A DNA stretch of 64,000 nucleotides from Octopus sinensis (Eukaryota), in contig NC_043007.1 in assembly GCF_006345805.1 (NCBI RefSeq), forward strand, positions 70,742,001 to 70,806,000, written 5' to 3'. A program made the position numbers and the translations under genes. Positions 53,278 to 64,000 of the stretch are shown here, piece after piece. Each line of letters starts with the position of its first letter. The first letter of the stretch is position 1. The notes below the pieces were generated by a model that saw only the letters and a list, made by a program, of their open reading frames with translations, ran no database searches and was not told the DNA's origin.

Positions 53278-53744
53278 TAATTTATATTTCTTGTTTCTCT
53301 GTTCAAACTTGCTTCCTTTCAATTACTTTTGAAGACACAGAATCAGAATTTTGATTGTAAATATTTAAGAAAAGGAAATATCTGCATAAAAATATGTATC
53401 TTATCTTTTACTTGTTTCAGTCATTGGACTGTGGCCATACTGGAGCACTGCCTTAGTGGATTTAGGCAAAAAAAAAAAAATTTACCCTAGTACTAATTTT
53501 TAAGCCTGGTAATTATTCTATCAGGCTCTTTTGCTGAACAACTAACTTATGGGGATGTAAACAAACCAACATTGGTTGTCAAGCGGTGGTTGGGGATGAA
53601 CACAGACACAGATATAATCACATACGTATACATGTAAGGAACTGAATTTGAAACCATGCTATTGGGAAAGGAAGTAAGCTTCTTATACCACAGCCACACC
53701 TGTGTGTATATATGATATATGATGTATGATATATGATATATATA

Positions 53745-53797
<53 letters not shown>

Positions 53798-54746
53798 GTG
53801 TGTGTGTGTGTATGTATTAGATTGATAGTTTGGGAAACTCCCAACAACTTGAAGTAGTTCATTGTTTGGGCAGTCACAGGAACTCTTCTTATCTTCTTCA
53901 TATTCCATTGCAATTAATGAATTGTTCTTAGTAATGTTACTGTGAACAACTAACTTTTGAAATCCAGTATCTTATCCACTTGCTAATTCCTAAGTTGTTA
54001 GCATATCAAATATCTATCTCTAGGTGTAATGTCATATTGTTGTGTAGAGAAGACATTCGTTTTTGTTTGTCAGTTTAAAAAAAAAACTGAAAATCCAGAA
54101 AAAGAAACAAGCATTTTAAGGCCTTCATCTTCCATAAACAACTGCTTGTATTTTAAGTAAGCACTTGTATGCTAAGGGTTCCACTCTGCTCCATCGCTGA
54201 ATGCAGAAACTAAGGTCAGGTCAAGTGGTGAAGCAACTCAAGCCCTTTTTATAAAATGAATCCTGTATTATAATTGCAGGTTTGAGATTTCAAAAATATG
54301 ATTGTTTATTTTAGAATGACATTGCAGAGTAGGTGTGAGAGGTTAGTTCTGGCCAGTTTGAACATAAAACAGGTAGTGTATTTGGGCTGGATATGACCAG
54401 CTTAATGCTAAAGTGCTAAAGTTGTTCTGGCATCTTCCACAGCTCCTTATAATTCATGTCAATACCTGTAAACAAGACAAATTAAAAATTATTGGTATCT
54501 CATACAATAAAGCAATGCTCAGGCACACAGGGCAAAATGTTTAGCGACATTCCATTTGCGTTTTTGCTCCAAGTTCAAATCCCACTGAGGTTGACTTTGC
54601 TTTTCATCCTTTGTGGGGTGGGGTCAATAAAATAAGCATCAACTGAGAACTGGGGTCAACGTAATCGATTTACACCCTCTCCTAAAGCTGCTGGCCTTGT
54701 GCCAGATTTGAAATCAATATCTCATAGTATTGGTTACTCTCTGACA

Positions 54747-54965
54747 GGTGTATGGTCAAGCTTGTGTCAGTGGGGACCTCTGGCATTTTTGGCCCCTGGG
54801 CCATATCACTGCTCACCGCTATTGGGGCAGAAATGGCTATCTGCAAGTGTGAGCCCAGGGAGTCAGAGTGGTTGTTCCAGTGCATCTCCCTCACCATCCT
54901 CCAGGGCAACGCCATTTCCATTTTGTCCGCTTGGACCATGAGGTGGACTAAATTACAATAAATGT
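54747..54965 (+). pseudogene. CRE-clade (RLE) LINE C-terminal fragment
   Basis: VGTSGIFGPWAISLLTAIG..ESEWLFQCISLTILQGNAISIL matches the VETLGPWG..FLFQRISIAIQRGNAASILG consensus. Confidence 0.8.
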
Positions 54966-55420
54966 AAGAATTAGGTAGCTTATTACATGAACAATAAAGT
55001 TATACAGACACATTCAAGGATTCTGAAAGCTACGGACGTCTGATTCAATATGTGAATGCTATCGATGTTGTTATCCAAACTCTAATAATGGAACTTTTGT
55101 TTCTTTGTTCGAAGCCAACAATCTCATATCGTATACAGTAAGTTATTCTATTCAATTATTTAATGTTTGATATAGCAAGATATCTCATCATATTTTATAG
55201 CATAATTAGAATATCCCATCTTGAATTTAATGTATTTCTGAAAAGTATTCTTATGAGTATGAAAAGTTGATTATAATCTGAATTTTCAGATATAAAGGAT
55301 ATCAAACATTATAGATTTATGAATACCAATTAGAGATAAAACAATTACTTGGCAATCAAGAGATTTTGAGATCAATTTCAATTGCGTTTTATTTATCATC
55401 CTAAGCTATGAGTTATAGTA

Positions 55421-55469
<49 letters not shown>

Positions 55470-55490
55470 AAGTAGTAGTAGTAGTAGTAC

Positions 55491-55522
<32 letters not shown>

Positions 55523-56238
55523 TGGGTGCATATATTGTAACTGCATCATTGCATCTACCATCTGTTGGTGATTCCCTACTATTCCTGGTGAGTGACATCT
55601 CTACACCACTCAGGCGACAATCCTCCAATCCACGAGTCTGGGGTATTTGTTGCTGGTGAGAGCCTTTTATGTGGTTGGAGCACAAATCCTACCACAACCT
55701 CTTTTAGTCACCTTTTACAACATACAGAGGAAACGTTGGGTCTATTCTTTGACATGCCAGTTCCCACACAGCACTAAAGCAATGTAAAAATGAAGTGTTT
55801 TGCTCAAGAACACAAGTTGCCCAGTCCAATGATTGAACCCATGATCTGGTGATTGTGAGTGCAATACCCTAACCACTTGGCCATACACTTTCACCAGGCT
55901 ATGAGGACTGAATAAAAATTTTGACATTATTTGTATAAATAATATCTTAACTCAATTTTATTGTATGTGTGTGTGTATGTGTGAATATGTGTTTGTTTGT
56001 GTGTACATATATGTGAATGTGTGTATGTTTGTGTGTACGTATGTGTGAATGTGTGTATGCTTGTGTGTACATACGTTTATGTTCATAGCTTTTGGGATTA
56101 TGCAAATTATACTGGCCTAGAATCTTTGCAGCACTTTTTCTACATATTAACTCCTATAGCCATTGGTCAATGTAAATTTAGGAAGATTATGCCACACTGA
56201 TAAGGTATAAAAGGTAGAAACATGTCTGCGACTGTTAC

Positions 56239-56290
56239 CTTCTTTACTGACAGAGTCGGGTTAATCTCCAAAATAGGAAAATTCAATTTT
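56239..56290 (-). CDS. Candidate exon (KLNFPILEINPTLSVKK), gene unknown
   Basis: Acceptor attaatttcacag, donor AAG/GTAACA, 52 nt open in one frame. Confidence 0.2.
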
Positions 56291-56515
56291 CTGTGAAATT
56301 AATTCTTAATTTCTTGAAGTTATCTCCCCTTTTCTCTATATGTCCTCACCAATTAATGTCCTTGAGGATTTAACTAAAAGGCACATGAATCAAATGAACA
56401 AAGTATTTCTATGTCTGTCACTCAGTACATCAGCACCTACCTGGATTAAATACTAACTTGGATATGTATAGTTTGTATATGCATTTACACTTGCATACAC
56501 ACACACACACACACG

Positions 56516-57516
56516 CACATAATAATCAACGGAATTGCAGTCAGAGGAGTTAAGTTGCCAGATGTTAGGGTGATGTGGCTGCAGAAATTGTCCGTGACTG
56601 AGTTCTCCTGCTCGTGTGACAATGGTGCAGAGTCTTGTTGCCAGGCATAGAATCTTCCAGCAGCCATCCCCTTGATCTAAAGCAGCACTATCTCCTCCAG
56701 GCACTTGATGTAGGCTTCCATGTTGAGTCTGAGGCTGTGTGGGAAAATGAATGATATCTTAACATTGCCATCACTAGTGATCACTCCAAACATTATGATG
56801 TTGACTAGATGTTTGATTTTTATCCACCTTGGAATATGTTTTTGGGGACATGGCAAGCCAACGGTTTTTCTGTGTGTTCACCATCTGATCCTGGCAGAAA
56901 TTTTTCTCATCTGAGAAAAACCAAAGCCTGTTCAGTTGGAAGGGATGCTTGAGTTTGTTCAAAAGCTTCATAGCATGGTCTTTCCCTTTGTCCTCATTGG
57001 CTTAGGATAAAAATTGGCCCTTTTTCATATTGCATGAGTAATACTGAATGTCTTCATGCACTATTTGCCTGATGAGAAACTCAGACACTCTCATGTCCCT
57101 GGTGATGGACCTGATTGACCTGGAGGGAATGTTGTCAATCAAGGTCTGGATCTCACCAGCAAATTCAAGAGTTCTTTTCTTATCAGAATGATCAGAGTGA
57201 GTTTTCTGAGCTGCTGTATCTTCGTAATTACCATTAGACTAATTAAACTCTTTCTGAATCCTCTGCACTGTCTTCACTCAGATTGACTCCCATGTGCTCT
57301 GAAATGTCTGTATTGGAGTTTCTGGCACACGTGCCAAGCAGTACAGCATGTCATTTCCAAATTTCTGGCTGAGTGAATTGCATCATGGTGTTGTTTTTCT
57401 TACAGATGGTGCCCAGCTGATCCTACTATACTGTGTAGTTGACAAAATCAAAAACAAAAAGGCACATGCACGAAATAAAAAATATAAAATGGTGACAATT
57501 TACCCATCGCATCCTG
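56516..57516 (-). mobile_element. maT/DD37D-type Tc1-mariner remnant
   Basis: KLLNKLKHP..WFFSDEKNFCQDQ, WQQDSAP, PNIWQLNSSDCNSVDYY across frameshifts; TIR-like end CAGGATGCGATGGGTAAATTG next to TA at 57517. Confidence 0.85.
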
Positions 57517-57779
57517 TATGTGTGTGTGTGTTTGTCTTTGAAACGTGGTGTAGTTGAAACAGGGACAACTGAAGAAGGGGAATATTCTTTATGTTGTATG
57601 TCCCATTTCTATGGTTGTTTTCTTTTTCATTGTTCAAAAAAAAGTTTGTTTCTATGTTTTTGTTTTTAATGTTTTCATTTCTCATTGTGTTCAACGTTTT
57701 ATATTTTTGATGTCCTGTACCCTTATGCATGTATGTGTATATATACATATATATGTAGGAATGTACATATAAGTATGTA

Positions 57780-58016
<237 letters not shown>

Positions 58017-60329
58017 ATCTAAAATTAATTTGAAAAGGCAATTAAATACAAAGCAATTCAATTAACAAAGAGACAACTGATTAGTTAGTATAATGAAACC
58101 TTAGTCGTGAGGTAAAGGGAATTGTTTCACATCCACAACCATTTGTCGTACTCTAATTAGGGTATTCTGTTATCTAAGAGGCACTAAACAGAACTTTAAA
58201 GAGGGAGAATGGTGATGCCTAATGTCCTTAAAATAGATCAGTCAGAACATTCTGAAGCATTCCTGCAAAACCCCTTATCTGGAATGTCAAAGAATTTAGT
58301 AAGTAAGGTTATATGATACAAGAGTGGGAATATATATGTATCTATTTGAGTCGCCTTTTTCTTTATGGGTCAACATAAAACACACACACATACTCGCATG
58401 CATGCATGCACACACACACACACACACTTAAATCTATACATACATCCATACATGTATACAAATTCACTGATGTGTCTATTACACTTGCAGTTATGTTCGT
58501 ATGGATCATTGCATAAAAGATGGTGAAGTCCATTTCTGATAAATGATACTTTAGAGATTGAGATGATGTCCAGGGAGGTAAAATAATCATGGTTATGATT
58601 ATCCTGAATATAACAAAGAAAGCTGCTTATTAATTAGTTAGAAGTACAAAGACAGTAAGCTGGCAGAATTGTTAGCACATTGGTCAAAATGCATTTTGTC
58701 TGTCTTTACGTTCTCAGTTCAAATTCTGCCTGATGTTGACTTTGCCTTTCATCTTTTTGGGGTTGATAAAAGTGCCTGTTGAACACTAGGTTTAATGTAA
58801 TCAAATTATTCCCTCCCACAAATTTCAGGCTTTGTGCCTATTGTTGAAAGGATTAATTATGCAGAAGTATGTGTACTGTTTACTCCTAATTAATAAGGTG
58901 TATCGTAACCCTTTAGCACTTGAACCAGCCATATCAGGCCCATATATTCTACATATTTCATGTTCAAGCCTGCCAGATTCAGCCCCTTACATCTACCAAA
59001 CAATATCATTCTAAAAATATACGCTCAACATCATTAAAATCTAGAAGCTATGTGATAATGTATAATTAATTCTAACGAATTTCAATAAGTAAGCATTATG
59101 TTTGATTGAGTAATTTGAATGCTAAAGGGTTAAACAATACCATTATGCAAATGACTTCTTGGATTATTAGGAATCGTTCATTTGTTTTATTTCTTATGAT
59201 TCCATCAAAACACAGAAACAGTGGTGAGTGGGTTTTAGGAAAGCAGAGGGAAATTTGGTGGAACTTTGAGATTGTGGGGATTCTTTCTTGAAAGACTTGC
59301 ATAAATAATAATTGTACAATAACATAATTAAACACATTTATGGAGTATTACAGCAGCTGCTTTCCTGGGGAGGGGAATTTATGATGTTCATGCCCTTTTT
59401 GGCAATGAGAGATCCTTTAAGTGATAACTCAATTGGCCAGAAATGGCAGTGAAATACCCCTCATATCACAGCTTATCATTTTAAACAAAAATGGACATGC
59501 CATTTAATCACCATTTATCATACATCACCACCGCTGGCACTGGTGGAATTATGTAGTGTAGAGACCTCTGGGAAGATGGGATGGCCATGACTAGATTGCT
59601 CATGATCATAGAAATGCTGGATCAAGGCTGACCTACATTAACATCTTAAAATCAGGTTAGCACAACAAAACTGACCGGTTAACTCTTAATATAAAAGAGA
59701 GGACATTGCAGTACCACAAGTGTTTGGAATACGTCAATTAAAGTAGAAAGAGTAAGATTCACAAGAATCCAATATTTTAAGGAAGTGAAGGAGAAAGTAC
59801 AATTTTAGAATAGGTTCTAATCTTCAGGCAAAACTAAGTCTACCACTTAAATTCAATTACCAGAAATAGTATGATGGTGCTATTTCTGGTAGCTGAATTT
59901 AGGTTTTACTTTTAGAGTTAGTTAGTGACACAGGAAAGTGTTATGTAGGGTTGGCAAATTAATGTTTAGGAGAGGAAATAAGTCAAAGGAAACTTGGGAA
60001 AAGATTTTGGAAAATATTAGGAATAAATGAATAAACACTTTTACTGGACATTTGTTGTGGGAATACTGGCATAAAATGGTAAATATTTAGCTAACCTACT
60101 GTATTCTGGAGCAATAAATAAGGTCAGTTCCTTGAATCTTTGAGATGTATTTATTAATATGAGAATTGTTAGGAGTGGCTGTGTGGTAAGTAGCTTGCTT
60201 ACCAACCACATGGTTGTGGGTTCAGTCCCACTGTGTGGCACATTGGGCAAGTGTCTTCTACTATAGCCTCGGGCGACCAAAGCCTTGTGGGTGGATTTGG
60301 TAGATGGAAACTGAAAGAAGCCCTTTGTA

Positions 60330-60462
<133 letters not shown>

Positions 60463-60699
60463 GTATGTATGTATGTGTGTATGTGTTTGTCCCCCCAACA
60501 TGACTCGACAACCGATGCTGGTGTGTTTACATCCCTGAGGCTATAGTAGAAGACACTTGCCCAAGGTGCCTCGTAGTGGGACCCACTATCAACTGCCTGT
60601 TTTGATATATTTCATTTCTACTGATATAGAAAAGCAGTGATTAACAAATCACTGATATTGCAAATAGCAAGTGAGCTGTATAAAAGTTCATTATTAGCA

Positions 60700-61000
60700 A
60701 CAGAAGCAGTATTAGTTCAAAATAACATTAATTAATGAGTGTAAGGTTTTGAATTTTTGATATAATTTGAAGACAAGAATATGTAAGGAAGTGATATTGA
60801 GAATTAATTTCTTTTTGGACTTATTGAGGATGATGGGTTTGTATGATGTTACATCATTTAGTGTTTTACTGAGCTTTAGAACTAATATGATATTGTCCAA
60901 CTTTTATATTCTTGGAATTCAAAGGTGTTGATATGAAGCGTTGTAGATGTTAGTGAGTGCAGTGATTCCCTCAAGCCTTTAAGGGTTTTAGGTGTATGTC
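60700..61000 (-). pseudogene. Degraded LINE reverse transcriptase fragment
   Basis: ALTNIYNASYQHL*IPRI*KLDNIILVLKLSKTLNDVTSYKPIIL resembles the LT.IYN..WK.A.II.I.KP.K..SYRPISL RT motif. Confidence 0.65.
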
Positions 61001-62844
61001 TGGTGTTTGTGATTTTGGTTGACACCAATGCTTTGGAGTTTTGCGTTTTCGCTATTGCTGATTAGGTGTCAGATGGAAGATATGAAATCAAAGCAAAGCC
61101 ATGTACAGAACAATGATAAAAATGCCATAGAATTGCATAAAGGTGGCAACAGGTAAGAATCTTACGTAATTGATACAAAAGATGTGATCCCTATCTTTAT
61201 CATATATTCCAATTTATGCAGGGAAATATGGCAAAATGTTTGTAACAAAAAACATGACTGAATGCAATTGAAAGGAATGATAAGCCATGATTAAAAGTGA
61301 TAGTAGTTAGAAGAACTGACTGTAATATTAAACGTGACATACAAATAAAACTAGTAACAAACAGTGAAATGTTTCAATAAAAATATCAATAAGTTGCAAG
61401 CAAATTTTATTCTTTTTTTGGTTTGCTATTTTGTTGAAGTTATTTCCCCAGCAGATAAATAATTGAATATAAATAGAGAAGAGTATTTATGGATGAGTTT
61501 CTTGCAGTTTCAATGCCAAGATTAAATAGCCTGTATCAATTTGTTTTAACAACAGTATGAATCTCCATAGCAAGTAATTATGGAGATCTCAGCATGTCTC
61601 TTTAGCCGAACGTTCTCCATGGCTTCCATTGGTACTGAGAGTAGAAAAGGAAAATTCAATAATATTCTATATTTATGGAAATACATAAAATAAATTACAA
61701 AAACTTGAAGGTTTGTTGAAATATTCTACCCCGACATTTATTGTTTCATTCAATTTCATAAATTTCCTGCTGGTTTCATAGGTTCCGATACAATAATCCT
61801 CTTCTTTATTTCCTTTGCTGACAGGCAAATACAGAAAGCTGATGTGTTTTGTCCTACATTTAATGCCAGAAATATGAAAGGTGAAGTTGACTTCAGAAGG
61901 ATTCAAATTCAGAACATAAAATGCATTCATTAAATGTTGCAGGCATTTTATCTGATGTTTTTTATAATTCTACCAATATATTGTTAGTTACTTGTAATTC
62001 ATTATATTCTGAGTTCAAACATTGCTAAGGTCGACTTTGGTTTTCGTGTTTTGTGGGGCTGAAAAAGTAAAATGCCAGTCAAATACTGGGATTGAAGTAA
62101 CTGACCAACATCCACCACTACTAAATTTCTGGCCTTGGGCCAAAATTTGAAAGAATTAAATATTATTGTATTTACAACTGCTATATCAGAGTTTAGCCTA
62201 CCTTTCACACAACTTAATATCGAAAATAAAAAGCTGATTTGAATAAAAATAAGATTTCCCATATCAACTTGGCAACAAGCATCAACTCAATGTCTGTCTT
62301 TTATACTTTTAAAATTGGCATTTCACTCTATGACTACAACGAATGTTTGGTTGGAACTGATCAGACAGTGGTAGAATTACAATGTTACTAGTCAAACAAT
62401 TGTCTTCTACAGTAAAATGGTCAGGATGTTGGGCTCATGATCATAAGATTGTGGTTTCAATTCCTGGACAGAGCGATGCATTATATTCTTGAGCAAAACT
62501 CATCATTTCACATTGCTTCAGTCCACTCAGATGGCAAAAATGAGTAATCCAGTGAGGGACTGGTGTCCCATCCAGGTGGGGAATTTATACACCATGGAAA
62601 CCAGGAAACTGGTCCTTATGAGTCAGCATAACTTTACTTTTACATCTACAGTAATTTCTTCACAATAAAAACAGAAACACCAGCAGAAGAGATAAACACT
62701 GGGCCACATTTTCTTTCTTAATTAGGTAGGCCAAAAAAGAGGCCTTGAAAATAAGGGATCAGGGAGCTGTGAATGAACTAGTTGATAAGAGCCATAAGTG
62801 CAATCAGTAGGCATCACCTGGTTCAGCAGTAAGGGGAGACAGCC

Positions 62845-63455
62845 TCTGAGAAAGACATCCTCTCTTCTCTGACGTCTTCCCTTGCTGGTAGCAGTGAAAA
62901 TGTTGATTGTTTCTGACCTGACCACCTCAAAAACTTGCTGTCTCTCCTTACTGCTGAAGCCAGGTGATGCCTACTGATTGCAATCATGGCTCATATCAAC
63001 TAGTTACTTTTCCACAAAGACTAAACAATGAACAACTAACTGTACTGGTAGCCAATGCCTTTGCATCCTTAATTAAAAAGCCTTGGACTCTGCTCAACCC
63101 AGTGGTTGGGAATAACTGTTCTAATTTGCTCTACTCACCCTTGGTTTCCCCAACAGTGGTGCCAATTGAGATGGCCTATCAACAACAGCTCTAGTCAGAA
63201 CTAACATTTCATCTTTCAGGCAGATATCCATACCCAATGTGTTCGAACATGCTGCACTCCACTCATTTGTACTCACAATCCTCCACAACTGATGTTTGTT
63301 TAAAGAGTTATCATGACCAGGTAAACATCAATCTTATTGAAGGTGATGTCTTGGTTACTGTCAAAGTAGTCGCCTTTGATGAGGAAGTATTGGCTGCCTC
63401 TGGCATCAAAATCCTGAGCCACCTACAGACCTCAGACCTTGTGAAAGTGATGAGC
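62845..63455. pseudogene. Rearranged CRE-like LINE ORF fragments (plus 62845-63190, minus 63190-63455)
   Basis: Plus: EKDILSSL..GSSENVDCF*PDHLKNLL and ANAFASLIKK..PVVGN, resembling the GSAGGPDGLRP.HLKDL and GA.L.AL.KK..RPIAVG RT motifs. The minus part resembles a downstream CRE region. Confidence 0.55.
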
Positions 63456-63956
63456 TGGAACATTCGTTAGCACAGACAAAATACTTAGCAGTATTTTTTT
63501 CTGGCTCTTTGCATTCTGAGTTCAAATTCCACCAAGAATGATTTTGGCTTTCATCCTTTCAGAGTCAATAAAATAAGTACCAGTCAAGTACTAGGGTTGA
63601 TATAATGGTCTTTCTCACTTACCTTGAAATTGCTGGATTTGTGCCAAACTTTGAAAGAATAATTCTTGTAAAGTGTATTTTGTTGGGTTCTTAATAAATA
63701 TTATTGTCTGATGAAGATTTGCGTGTGTCTTTGGTGAATTCTTTGAAAACTTTTAACAGACTTGCCTTAGAAGGAGGGGGTTTGGGCGGTATTTCTCTCA
63801 TTCCCATCTGTCATGACAAATACAGGTGCTGAGGGAGACTCTTCTGTCTGCTGAAGGGTTAGCATTTAACCAGCAGTCAAGCTGTGACAAACCTGTTTTC
63901 TTTTCTGGTAAACTATATTCAGTATTAGCTTATATTCTATATTTAACTTTTACTAT

Positions 63957-64000
63957 ATGAGGGGGTACTCCAAAGAAAGCGGAATTTTGCAATATCATTT
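63957..64000. mobile_element. Possible mariner terminal repeat at the window edge
   Basis: TATGAGGGGGTACTCCAAAGAAAGCGGAATTTT resembles mariner TIR starts; cut off by the window. Confidence 0.35.

Noticed and set aside
55520-55680. Strong plus-strand GTGAGT donor after a poly-Ser ORF
   Set aside because: The upstream part is an (AGT)n microsatellite, and the minus strand resembles a LINE endonuclease fragment (VTIYAP).

Overview
This is an AT-rich, repeat-dense animal genomic window. The SINE, LINE-tail and MITE families resemble those of Octopus-type (coleoid cephalopod) genomes; that taxon call is an inference from repeat content. It reads as intronic or intergenic DNA, and I could not name any intact protein-coding gene. 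Most ORFs in the track are microsatellite or repeat artefacts. Supported content: about 50 tRNA-derived SINE copies in at least four families, several with 12-17 bp target-site duplications (TSDs); RTE-related LINE tails; degraded RT/endonuclease fragments of RTE, CRE and another LINE clade; a full-length but dead mariner; a DD37D (maT) transposase remnant; Tc1/mariner and piggyBac-type MITEs; a decayed Helitron PIF1 helicase; and three non-autonomous Helitrons. The most notable structures are (1) a 427-bp TSD-flanked element at 37.7-38.1 kb that joins a tRNA (Pol III) head to a Penelope-type tail carrying a minimal hammerhead-ribozyme motif, with that tail duplicated in inverted orientation; (2) a perfect 504-bp palindrome at 42.65-43.16 kb; (3) a near-identical 485-bp tandem duplication; (4) several unexplained hairpins; and (5) a GC-rich promoter-like patch at 46 kb plus scattered, unassembled candidate exons.
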